64,000 nt of DNA from an uncultured Cytophagia bacterium (GTDB lineage: Bacteria > Zhuqueibacterota > Zhuqueibacteria > Oceanimicrobiales > Oceanimicrobiaceae), in contig CAZIKB010000003.1 in assembly GCA_964539665.1 (NCBI GenBank), positions 60,062 to 124,061 of the forward strand, given 5' to 3'. Position 1 is the first letter of the stretch; the number at the start of each line of letters is the position of its first letter. Position numbers and translations under genes: made by a program. The notes beneath the pieces were generated by a model that worked only from the letters and a program-made list of their open reading frames with translations, did no database searches and had not been told where the DNA came from. Below are positions 18,699 through 28,380 of the stretch, in pieces.

Positions 18699-20384
18699 AT
18701 GATTAGTTCTAACTTTAATAATAAACTCGCGAAGAGATTAATTTATTTATGGCTGTTGGGCTGTCTGTGTATTGGTGGATTCCTACGTTTTTATCAATTG
18801 GGCGGTCCAAGTGTTTGGGTTGACGAGTTGAATCACCTTTATGCGGGACAATCATTAATAGAAAACGGCAGCCCGGAGCTCCCTTCCGGACAATTATACG
18901 ATCGCGCATTGATATACTCGAAATTAGTTTCATACTCATTCCAGGTGCTGGGTGTTAATGAATTTAGTTTGCGACTGCCCAGCGCAATAATTGGCCTGTT
19001 ATGTTTAGTTCTAATTTATTTCGTAGCAAAACGTTTTTTTGGAGTAACTCCAGCACTGTTATCTGTATTATTTTTAGCTATTTCGCCGTTTGAGATTGGT
19101 TGGTCACGAATTTCAAGAATGTACACGCTATTCCAGTTTTTATTCCTCCTGGGAATTTATACTTTTTATCTTGGTTTTGAAAGTGAAAACAAAGATACGT
19201 TTTCGAGAGTACAAACGAATATATTAAAGCGGTTCACAGCGGGGGGAATTATTAATTTCATAGAAAGTTGGAATCTCAATCTTATTTGGCTATCAATTTC
19301 AGTCATATTTCTAACGGTATCCTACTTTGTGCATCAGCTCACTGCCTTATTTTTTGTTGGAATTCTGTTTTATTTAGCGCTCATGTTTTTAGTACAATGG
19401 CGTAATGAAAGTTTTTTGCAGGCGCTAAAGGGGAAATATTTCATACTTTTGGTTTTATCGCTGGGCATGACGGGGATTATGATTTTAGTTGTTCCCGGAA
19501 TAATTGCATTTGTGCAATACGCTGTTTTATATTCGCCCAAATGGGCTGCCATGCCTAAATTCCAAAATCCCAAACTTTATCTTGATTTTATTTTTGACCA
19601 ATATAATTTTCCCATGGGAGTGTTGTTTGTATTAGGCATCTACCAGGTGATGAGCAGGTTACATCGATTTGGATATTATATTGTTTCTATTTTCATGGCT
19701 TGTCTGTTACTGTTTACATTTGTTTTTTCTTACCGGCATTTGCAGTATTTGTACAATATTTATCCAATATTAATTATAGTCAGCGCTTACGCATTTTCAA
19801 ATATTGTCAATAGTGAATCAGGAAGAATTAAAACAGCCTGGTTCAAAAAGAGTCGATTAAATGATGTGATTTTTAAGGCGCTCATTGTTTGTTGTTTTTT
19901 AGTCTGGATTCCACTGACTCCATCCTTACGGTTAGCAAGGCGTATTCCATTCTCTAAGGATGGCGGTTTCAATGGCGCTGTTTTTTTGACGGAACATCGA
20001 CAGGCTTGCAATTACATACGAGAAAATTGCAGAAATGATGATCTGATAATATCATCAGACGCATTGGGAACACTTTACTATCTGGAGCGAGTCGATTATG
20101 ATCTTAATTTTGCAGATTTTGATCTTTCAAAAGAAAAAGATTTAAAAAATAATCAGGGAGAATATTTTGATCTTTACTCTGGAAAACCGTTCTTACAAAG
20201 TGTGTCGCAGTTACAAACCTTAATGGAACAATACAACTCTATTTGGCTGGTCTCTGAAGACTATAAATTTTCCCGGGCGCCAGTTTATGTACCGACCCCT
20301 ATTCGGGAATTTGTTTTAGCTAATTTTGAAAAAGTATTCACAACAAAGAATGGTACTATTTTAGTGTTTCATTTTTCCAAATAA
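18699..20384 (+). CDS. GT-C fold glycosyltransferase (ArnT/PMT-like, GT39/GT83-type)
   Basis: Polytopic N-terminal region with the first-loop motif VWVDELNHLYAG (DE motif) and a soluble C-terminal domain. Confidence 0.75.
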   Translation: MISSNFNNKLAKRLIYLWLLGCLCIGGFLRFYQLGGPSVWVDELNHLYAGQSLIENGSPELPSGQLYDRALIYSKLVSYSFQVLGVNEFSLRLPSAIIGLLCLVLIYFVAKRFFGVTPALLSVLFLAISPFEIGWSRISRMYTLFQFLFLLGIYTFYLGFESENKDTFSRVQTNILKRFTAGGIINFIESWNLNLIWLSISVIFLTVSYFVHQLTALFFVGILFYLALMFLVQWRNESFLQALKGKYFILLVLSLGMTGIMILVVPGIIAFVQYAVLYSPKWAAMPKFQNPKLYLDFIFDQYNFPMGVLFVLGIYQVMSRLHRFGYYIVSIFMACLLLFTFVFSYRHLQYLYNIYPILIIVSAYAFSNIVNSESGRIKTAWFKKSRLNDVIFKALIVCCFLVWIPLTPSLRLARRIPFSKDGGFNGAVFLTEHRQACNYIRENCRNDDLIISSDALGTLYYLERVDYDLNFADFDLSKEKDLKNNQGEYFDLYSGKPFLQSVSQLQTLMEQYNSIWLVSEDYKFSRAPVYVPTPIREFVLANFEKVFTTKNGTILVFHFSK

Positions 20385-20435
20385 TTAACTATATTTTTGT
20401 ATTAATTTATTGAAAAATAATGGTCAGGTAAAAAA

Positions 20436-21548
20436 TTGAGCGAATCGAAATTGAAAATTGCAATTATGGGTATTCGGGGTATTCCTGCAAATTATGGCGG
20501 CTTTGAAACTTTCGCGGAACAACTTGCTCCCCTATTAGTTCAACGCGGGCATGATGTTACGGTTTATGGGCGCTCCAATTGTATTAAATATGAAAATCAG
20601 TATTATAAGGGAGTGCGATTGGTCATCCTGCCGACTATTTCCCATAAATATCTTGATACGGTTGCTCACACATTATTCTGTGCCATCCATGCCTTAAAAG
20701 AACGATTTGATGTGATTTTAATGTGTAACAGTGCAAATGCCTACTGTGCATTCATACCGCGCCTTGTTGGCACGCCGGTAGCGCTCAATGTCGACGGCCT
20801 GGAATGGAAACGCTCAAAATGGAATAAACTCGGACAATGGTTCTACCTCATTTCTGAAAGGCTGGCCACATTTACAGCGACAGAATTGGTTTCCGACGCC
20901 CGTGAAATCGAAAAATATTATCAGGATAAATTTAACAAATCTTCGACATTTATTCCTTATGGCGCTCCCACAGATAAAGTCGAGTCCCTGGAGGTTTTAA
21001 AGCAATTCGATTTACAGCCTCAACAGTATGTGCTTTATGTCAGCAGATTGGAACCGGAAAATAATGCACACCTGGTCGTAAAAGCTTTTGAAAATGTTAA
21101 AACGGATTTGAAATGTGTGATAGTAGGCGACGCGCCTTATAATGGGGAGTATATTCAAAATTTAAAAAAGACCAAGGATCCGCGGATCATTTTTACAGGC
21201 TATGTGTTTGGTAAAGGTTATCGGGAATTGCAGTCAAATGCCTATTTTTATGTACAGGGAACAGAAGTAGGCGGAACTCATCCGGCTCTGCTCGAGGGTA
21301 TGGGACACGGCAATTGTGTCTTAGCCAATGATGTTCCGGAACATCGGGAGGTTTTAGGAGATTCAGGAGTATATTTCAGCTCCAGGGAAAATGGCGGGCT
21401 TTCTGAAAAAATGCAGTACCTCCTTGATCATCCTGAATTAGTGAATGAATATGGTCAAAAAGCAGTTTCGAGAATTAAGAAATATTATTCATGGGATAAA
21501 GTCACAGAGGAGTATGAGAACTTATTTTATCAATTATCAAAGAAATAA
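20436..21548 (+). CDS. GT-B glycosyltransferase with DUF1972-type N-terminus (TTG start at 20436 or 20451)
   Basis: KIAIMGIRGIPANYGGFETFAEQLAP, the DUF1972 hallmark. C-terminal GT1 region EVGGTHPALLEGMGHGNCVLA. Confidence 0.8.
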   Translation: MSESKLKIAIMGIRGIPANYGGFETFAEQLAPLLVQRGHDVTVYGRSNCIKYENQYYKGVRLVILPTISHKYLDTVAHTLFCAIHALKERFDVILMCNSANAYCAFIPRLVGTPVALNVDGLEWKRSKWNKLGQWFYLISERLATFTATELVSDAREIEKYYQDKFNKSSTFIPYGAPTDKVESLEVLKQFDLQPQQYVLYVSRLEPENNAHLVVKAFENVKTDLKCVIVGDAPYNGEYIQNLKKTKDPRIIFTGYVFGKGYRELQSNAYFYVQGTEVGGTHPALLEGMGHGNCVLANDVPEHREVLGDSGVYFSSRENGGLSEKMQYLLDHPELVNEYGQKAVSRIKKYYSWDKVTEEYENLFYQLSKK

Positions 21549-21551
21549 ATT

Positions 21552-22610
21552 ATGATTTCTAAATTAGTTTTAGAAGATGGTTCGGTATATACTGGTGAGG
21601 CTTTTGGCGATCTCAAATCTGTGGCGGGCGAAGTCGTGTTCAACACTGGAATGGTGGGATACCCTGAGTGCATGACAGATCCTTCCTATGAAGGTCAAAT
21701 TCTTATTTTCACCTATCCGCTTATCGGCAACTATGGTGTTCCATCTGCTCAGGGTGGAAATGGTTTGTTGGAACAAAATTTTGAATCAGATAGAATCCAT
21801 ATTGCCGGTTTGGTTGTGTCTGAACATTCCAGAGATTTTAGCCACTGGAAAGGCCAATCAAATTTAGACACCTGGCTTAAGTCAAATCAAGTCCCGGGGA
21901 TAAGCGGCATAGACAGCCGTTTATTGACTCAAAAGTTGCGAGAAAAAGGCTCAATGCTGGGTAAGTTGGTTACTCACCATCATGATGTTGATTTTAAAGA
22001 TCCAAATCTGGAAAATTTAGTGGCGAGAGTTTCTCCAAATAAACCCATTGAATATGGCAATGGTAGTAAGAGAGTGCTGGTTGTCCATTGTGGATGTAAA
22101 TTAAATATCATCCGCTGCCTTTTAAAAAGAAATGTTTCTGTTTTAGCAGTGCCATGGGATTGGGAAATCGGCAAAGAACAGTTTGATGGAGTGGTAATTT
22201 CTAATGGACCTGGCGATCCAAAGATGTGTGATGTTACCATAAGAAACATCCGGAAATTATTTGATCGAGACCTGCCAGTTTTCGGTATCTGTTTAGGTAA
22301 TCAGATTCTTGCTTTAGCTGCAGGGGCGGATACATATAAGCTAAAATATGGACACAGAAGCCAGAATCAACCCTGTATACTTGTAGGAAGTAAACGTTGT
22401 TATATTACTTCGCAGAATCATGGCTATGCGGTTGATGAAAAGTCTTTGACAGCAGATTGGGAACCCTGGTTTTTTAACGCCAATGATGGCACTAATGAAG
22501 GCATCCGAAATCGCACCAAGCCGTTTTTTGGAGTACAATTTCATCCAGAGGCTTCACCCGGCCCTCTCGATACCAGTTATCTTTTTGATGAATATATAAA
22601 ATTGTTATAA
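21552..22610 (+). CDS. carA: carbamoyl-phosphate synthase small (glutaminase) subunit
   Basis: VFNTGMVGYPECMTDPSYEGQILIFTYPLIGNYGVP; catalytic FGICLGNQIL and FGVQFHPEASPGP. Confidence 0.95.
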   Translation: MISKLVLEDGSVYTGEAFGDLKSVAGEVVFNTGMVGYPECMTDPSYEGQILIFTYPLIGNYGVPSAQGGNGLLEQNFESDRIHIAGLVVSEHSRDFSHWKGQSNLDTWLKSNQVPGISGIDSRLLTQKLREKGSMLGKLVTHHHDVDFKDPNLENLVARVSPNKPIEYGNGSKRVLVVHCGCKLNIIRCLLKRNVSVLAVPWDWEIGKEQFDGVVISNGPGDPKMCDVTIRNIRKLFDRDLPVFGICLGNQILALAAGADTYKLKYGHRSQNQPCILVGSKRCYITSQNHGYAVDEKSLTADWEPWFFNANDGTNEGIRNRTKPFFGVQFHPEASPGPLDTSYLFDEYIKLL

Positions 22611-22611
22611 T

Positions 22612-25600
22612 ATGGAAAATCTCCCCAAAAAAGTTATCGTATTAGGAAGCTCTGCGCTCAAAATTGGTGAAGCTGGAGAATTCGATTATTCTGGCAGCCA
22701 GGCTATTAAAGCTTTAAAGGAAACCGGAATCCAAACCGTTTTGGTGAATCCAAATATTGCTACAATTCAAACCTCGGAACATTTAGCAGATCAGGTGTAC
22801 TTTTTACCTGTGAATGCATATTTTACTGAGAAGATTATTGAGAAAGAAAAACCAGATGGGATTTTGCTTGCTTTCGGTGGTCAAACAGCGCTCAACTGTG
22901 GGCTTGAATTGTCAAAGAATGGCGTATTTGAAAAGCATAATCTAAGAATATTAGGTAGTCCTCTGAAAGCCATTCAAGAAACAGAAGATCGTGGTCTATT
23001 TGTAAAACGCTTACGGGAAATTGAAGTTGATGTACCTCGAAGCGTGGCGGTTAATTCTACTGAGGAAGCTTTAGCAACGGCTCGAAAAATCGGCTACCCT
23101 GTGATGATTCGAATTGCTTTTGCTTTGGGCGGGCTTGGTTCAGGGATTTGTGTCTCTGAAAACGAGATCAGGGAATTGGCGGATAAGGCTTTTTCATTTA
23201 CCAACCAGATACTTATTGAGGAATACCTGCAGGGCTGGAAAGAAGTCGAATACGAAGTTGTTCGTGATGTTTATAATAATTGCATCACTGTTTGTAATAT
23301 GGAGAATTTTGATCCCTTGGGCATACATACTGGCGAAAGTATTGTAGTTGCACCGAGCCAAACCTTGAATAACCATGAATATCATCGACTCCGTGAAATC
23401 TCTATTCGGGTTGTTCGACACATTGGAATTGTCGGAGAATGTAATGTGCAGTTTGCATTAAATCCTCTGACCGGGGATTACCAGGTCATAGAAGTGAATG
23501 CACGTTTGTCACGAAGCTCTGCCCTGGCCTCAAAAGCAACGGGCTATCCATTGGCATTCATTGCAGCAAAACTGGCCTTAGGATTTGGTTTGACTGATTT
23601 AAAGAATTCGATTACCCAAACAACCATGGCCTGTTTTGAACCAGCTTTAGATTATGTTGTGGTGAAAATTCCTCGCTGGGATTTAAAGAAGTTTCACCGG
23701 GTTTCCACAAGGATTGGCTCTGGCATGAAATCTGTGGGCGAAGTCATGGCCATCGGGCGGTCGTTTGAAGAGGCATTGCAAAAAGCTTTAAGAATGCTGG
23801 ACATTGGGGTTTCAGGTCTGACCGGTAATGACCATCTGGAATTTGAAGATGTGAAAACCGAATTAACTCATCCCACGGACGAGCGCATTTTCGCGATTGT
23901 AAGTGCGTTCAAAGCGGGTATCTCAATTGAAGAAGTCCATAAATTAACCAACATTGACAACTGGTTTCTTTATAAGATCCAACATATACTTCAAGTTGAG
24001 AAGTTGCTTAATGGATATAAAAGTGGTATTTGTCCAAGAGGCACATTATTAGAGGCTAAACGCGCTGGCTTTTCTGATTGTCAGATTGCAAAAAATTTAG
24101 ATTGCCATGATGACGATGTTCGGCGTATGCGCAAGAATTATGGTATCAAGCCTTGCGTGAAACAAATCGACACCCTGGCTGCTGAATATCCGGCACAAAC
24201 AAATTATCTCTACCTAACCTACAATGGCGAGTCTGATGATATCGATTTTCAAATAACAAATTCTGTGATTGTACTGGGTTCCGGAGTGTACCGAATCGGC
24301 AGCTCTGTCGAGTTTGATTGGTGCTGCGTTAACGCAGTTATGACTTTAAGAGAACTGGGCTACAAAACCATTCTTATAAATTATAATCCGGAAACTGTAA
24401 GTACGGACTATGATGAATGTGACCGATTGTATTTTGATGAACTTAGCTTTGAAACCATTTTTGATATTTATGAAAAAGAAAAACCACATGGAGTGATCAT
24501 TTCCATGGGAGGGCAAATTCCAAACAATTTAGCCATGAAATTTCATCAGGCAGGCATGAATGTTTTGGGAACGACCTCTCAAAATATTGATAATGCAGAG
24601 GACCGACACAAATTTTCAACTTTATTAGATACGCTAAAAATTGATCAGCCTGAATGGAACGAACTGGTTTCGACAGAGGAGGCAAAAGCGTTTGCCAAAA
24701 AAGTTAATTACCCGGTATTGGTTCGTCCTTCTTATGTTTTAAGCGGCGCTGCTATGGGAGTGGCCTCGACTGATGTGGAGCTTACCAAGCTGTTAGAAAG
24801 AGCCGCGGAAATTTCCTCTGAATTTCCTGTCGTTATCAGTAAATTTTTGGAGAACGCCAAAGAAATTGAATTTGATGGAGTGGCTCAAAAAGGTGAGTTA
24901 ATTGTTTATGCAATTTCAGAACATGTGGAGAACGCCGGGGTGCATTCCGGCGATGCTACATTGGTTTTACCGCCTCAAAGAACTTACATCGAAACCATTC
25001 GACAGGTGCGCAGCATTTCCAGAAAAATAGCCCAGGCTCTGCAAATAACCGGCCCGTTTAATATGCAATTCATCGCTAAAAATAACGATGTGAAAGTAAT
25101 AGAATGCAATTTAAGAGCTTCACGAAGTTTTCCTTTCGTTTCAAAGGTTGTTAAGGTTAATTTTATTGATATCGCCACTCGTGTTCTTTTAGGTGAAATC
25201 GTGCCTAAAAGTGATAAATCATTTATGGAGCTCGAATATGTTGGAGTTAAAGCTCCGCATTTTTCCTTTACCCGTCTACAGGGTGCGGATCCTACCCTGG
25301 GCGTTGAAATGGCCTCAACAGGCGAAGTAGGCTGCCTGGGAGATGACTTTGAAGAAGCGTTTCTTAAAGCGTTAATTTCAGTTGGATTTAAATTACCTGT
25401 CCGTTCAATTTTAATTTCGACTGGTCCCCTTGAAAACAAAGCCGAATTTATTTCCAGCGCAAAAATACTCATGGATTTAGGTGTAAGAATATATTCCACT
25501 AAAGGAACTTCAGAATTTATGAAGCAATACGGAATAGACACCGATATTCTATATTGGCCTCTGGAGAAAAAGAGCCCGAATGTTTTAGAATATTTAAGTA

Positions 25601-25806
25601 ATAATAAAATTGATTTGGTAATTAATATTCCAAAAAATTATCAGGAAGAAGAACTGACTAACGATTATATCATTCGTCGCCATGCAGTAGATTATGGCAT
25701 TCCATTGATTACTAATTTGCAGCTTGCCAGACGATTCGTTGAGGCTATGTCAAGAAAAGCGCCATCTGAATTACAAATCAAAAGTTGGGGGGATTACGAG
25801 TTATGA
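22612..25806 (+). CDS. carB: carbamoyl-phosphate synthase large subunit
   Basis: 1064 aa with duplicated ATP-grasp halves (GSSALKIGEAGEFDYSGSQA; GSGVYRIGSSVEFDWC) and an MGS-like C-terminal domain. Confidence 0.95.
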   Translation: MENLPKKVIVLGSSALKIGEAGEFDYSGSQAIKALKETGIQTVLVNPNIATIQTSEHLADQVYFLPVNAYFTEKIIEKEKPDGILLAFGGQTALNCGLELSKNGVFEKHNLRILGSPLKAIQETEDRGLFVKRLREIEVDVPRSVAVNSTEEALATARKIGYPVMIRIAFALGGLGSGICVSENEIRELADKAFSFTNQILIEEYLQGWKEVEYEVVRDVYNNCITVCNMENFDPLGIHTGESIVVAPSQTLNNHEYHRLREISIRVVRHIGIVGECNVQFALNPLTGDYQVIEVNARLSRSSALASKATGYPLAFIAAKLALGFGLTDLKNSITQTTMACFEPALDYVVVKIPRWDLKKFHRVSTRIGSGMKSVGEVMAIGRSFEEALQKALRMLDIGVSGLTGNDHLEFEDVKTELTHPTDERIFAIVSAFKAGISIEEVHKLTNIDNWFLYKIQHILQVEKLLNGYKSGICPRGTLLEAKRAGFSDCQIAKNLDCHDDDVRRMRKNYGIKPCVKQIDTLAAEYPAQTNYLYLTYNGESDDIDFQITNSVIVLGSGVYRIGSSVEFDWCCVNAVMTLRELGYKTILINYNPETVSTDYDECDRLYFDELSFETIFDIYEKEKPHGVIISMGGQIPNNLAMKFHQAGMNVLGTTSQNIDNAEDRHKFSTLLDTLKIDQPEWNELVSTEEAKAFAKKVNYPVLVRPSYVLSGAAMGVASTDVELTKLLERAAEISSEFPVVISKFLENAKEIEFDGVAQKGELIVYAISEHVENAGVHSGDATLVLPPQRTYIETIRQVRSISRKIAQALQITGPFNMQFIAKNNDVKVIECNLRASRSFPFVSKVVKVNFIDIATRVLLGEIVPKSDKSFMELEYVGVKAPHFSFTRLQGADPTLGVEMASTGEVGCLGDDFEEAFLKALISVGFKLPVRSILISTGPLENKAEFISSAKILMDLGVRIYSTKGTSEFMKQYGIDTDILYWPLEKKSPNVLEYLSNNKIDLVINIPKNYQEEELTNDYIIRRHAVDYGIPLITNLQLARRFVEAMSRKAPSELQIKSWGDYEL

Positions 25807-27620
25807 ACATATTAGGTATATCTTGTTTTTATCATGACAGCGCCGCCTGTTTAGTGCAGGATGGTGAAATTGTTGCCGCAGCACAGGAAGAAAGGTTTAC
25901 CCGTAAAAAGCATGATCAGGAGTTTCCCCAAAATGCCATTAATTTTTGTCTGGATTATGCAAAAATCGATGTCAAGGATTTAGATTTTGTAGCTTTCTAT
26001 GATAAACCTTTCTTGAAATTCGAGCGAATATTAGAGACCTATCTTGCCTTTACTCCAAAAGGAATTACGTCATTTTTAATGGCCATCCAATTATGGATTA
26101 AGCGAAAGCTCTGGATCCCTGACTTAATTCGCAAAGAACTTGGGTATGATGGGAAAATAATTTATCCGGAACATCATGAATCACATGCTGCGTCGGCATT
26201 TTTCCCCTCTCCATATCAAGAGGCTGCGTTTATAACCATGGACGGCGTCGGCGAATGGACCACCACATCTTACGGTGTTGGCAAAGACAATAAAGTAAGT
26301 ATTCTTGCTGATTTACAATTCCCGCATTCATTAGGATTGTTGTATTCGGCATTCACATACTTTACTGGATTTAGGGTCAATTCAGGGGAATATAAAGTAA
26401 TGGGTTTGGCTCCCTATGGAGAACCAAAGTATGTCCAGGCTATTCGGGACAATTTAATCGATATTAAAGAAGACGGTTCCTATAAAATGAACATGGAATA
26501 TTTCGATTACTGTTCCGGATTAAAGATGACAAATGGCAAGTTTGATAAAATATTTGGCGGACCGCCAAGAAAGCGAGAGTCGAAACTGGCGCAGCGAGAG
26601 ATGGACCTGGCGCGTTCGGTGCAGGAAATTACTGAAGAAATTATGCTTAAAACTGCGCGTCATGTTCATGACGAAACCGGGCAGAAGTATTTGTGCCTGG
26701 CTGGCGGGGTGGCCCTCAATTGTGTTGGCAACGGAAGAATTCTACGAGAAGGTCCATTTGAGGATATCTGGATTCAGCCCGCCGCTGGAGACGCCGGGGG
26801 GGCTCTGGGAGCTGCACTGTTTACCTGGCACCAATATTTAGACAATAATCGACAAAGCAATGGCAGAGATGAGTTACAAAAAGGATCGTATTTAGGCCCT
26901 GAATATAGCGATAATGACATCCAAAGCTTTTTAGACGAACATAAAATACCCTATCAAAAAATAAACTCTGAAGAGTTACCCACAATAATCGCTGATGTAA
27001 TTATTAATGAAAAAGTTGTCGGCTGGTTTCAAGGCAGGATGGAGTTTGGTCCGAGAGCGCTCGGCAGCCGTTCAATTATTGGCGATGCACGTTCGTCTGA
27101 GATGCAAAAAGTTATGAATCTTAAAATCAAATTCAGAGAAAGTTTCAGGCCATTTGCTCCATCGGTTTTAGAAGAGCGGGTGTCCGATTATTTTGAGATT
27201 GACAGAGCAAGCCCATATATGCTTTTGGTTGCGCCTGTAAATAAAAATATACGGCGCAACATGACCGAAGAAGAACAAAATTTATTTGGCATTGATAAAC
27301 TTAATATAGCCCGTTCAGAAATACCGGCCATTACGCACGTTGATTATTCGGCGCGAATTCAGACTGTTGATTGTCGTACCAATCCACTTTATCATAAACT
27401 GATTTCAGCAGTGGAGTCTAAAACTGGATGTCCTGTTATCATCAATACCTCTTTTAATGTGCGTGGCGAACCCATCGTGTGTACACCTTTAGACGCCTAT
27501 AAATGTTTTATGCGCACAGAAATGGATTATCTTTGTATGGGTAATTTTCTTTTGGATAAAAAACAACAGCCAGAGTTTCATGATGATATTAACTGGCAAG
27601 AAAAATATGAGTTAGATTAA
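25803..27620 (+). CDS. carbamoyltransferase (NodU/CmcH family), copy 1
   Basis: [18 protein letters not shown]...[13 protein letters not shown]...[10 protein letters not shown]...[13 protein letters not shown]...[12 protein letters not shown]. Its ATG overlaps the carB TGA (ATGA). Confidence 0.9.
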   Translation: [605 protein letters not shown]

Positions 27621-27621
27621 T

Positions 27622-28059
27622 ATGAATTTAATCGATGACATAAAGTTTGAAATAACAAAGTTAAAAGAAGATAAGAGCACCTTAAGAAAATTTGCAATTA
27701 CCATAGCATCCGCACTTTGCATTATAGGTGCTTTAGTATTCTTTCTTGGAAGCAGGGCAGAGACCGCATTCTGGTTATGGGGATTTGGATCATCCATTTT
27801 AATATTAGGTATCACGGTTCCCAATGTCTTAAAGCCATTTCACCTATTGTGGATGACATTGGCCTTTGTTTTAGGTTGGTTTGTATCACGCTTAATTCTA
27901 AGCATAGTTTTTTATTTAGTGATGACACCCATCGGATTAGTAATGAAAATCATCGGAAAAGATCTGATAAATCAAAAGCTTGAAAAGAATAATTTATCTT
28001 ACTGGATAAAACGTGACCCGGTAAATAGGAATCCTGAAAGTTATGAAAAATTATTCTAA
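27622..28059 (+). CDS. SxtJ-family small membrane protein
   Basis: Two or three TM helices and the C-terminal pattern LVMTPIGLVMKIIGKDLINQK...SYWIKRD, as in SxtJ-like proteins that follow carbamoyltransferases. Confidence 0.65.
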   Translation: MNLIDDIKFEITKLKEDKSTLRKFAITIASALCIIGALVFFLGSRAETAFWLWGFGSSILILGITVPNVLKPFHLLWMTLAFVLGWFVSRLILSIVFYLVMTPIGLVMKIIGKDLINQKLEKNNLSYWIKRDPVNRNPESYEKLF

Positions 28060-28068
28060 GAGGTTGAC

Positions 28069-28227
28069 ATGAGCAAAATCTCAATAATAAAAGAATTTAG
28101 TCAATTTCTTATTTATAGAAAAAAATGGTGGTTAACTCCAATTGTAATTGTATTATTGCTGCTTGGTGCTTTAATCATTTTGACTGAAGGCAGTGCATTG
28201 GCACCGTTCATTTACACCTTATTTTAG
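28069..28227 (+). CDS. DUF5989-like 52-aa membrane peptide (absent from the ORF track because it is <60 aa)
   Basis: MSKISIIKEFSQFLIYRKKWWLTPIVIVLLLLGALIILTEGSALAPFIYTLF. ATG lies 9 nt after the SxtJ stop. The RKKWWL + single TM + APFIYTLF pattern is typical of the peptide found after carbamoyltransferase-SxtJ pairs. Confidence 0.6.
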   Translation: MSKISIIKEFSQFLIYRKKWWLTPIVIVLLLLGALIILTEGSALAPFIYTLF

Positions 28228-28380
28228 TTGAAGAGATTGATTCAACATTATGACAGTCAACAAGATTTATAAAGATGTGTAAGCTTTTTAAGGATACGAA
28301 AAGCAGGTGTATTTAAATCAATTAGTCACAAGCAAGAATAAACTCGCCTCTTCATCCACCCACCCGAAAGGAACGCGCCA

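Noticed and set aside
24984-25541. 185-aa minus-strand ORF, and many other 60-116-aa minus-strand ORFs (for example 8570..8920, 13176..13511, 13825..14142, 48599..48901, 57707..58054, 57999..58271).
   Set aside because: All are nested antisense within long + strand genes that have clear family motifs. Their translations are low-complexity or odd in composition and match no recognisable motif. They are typical shadow ORFs.
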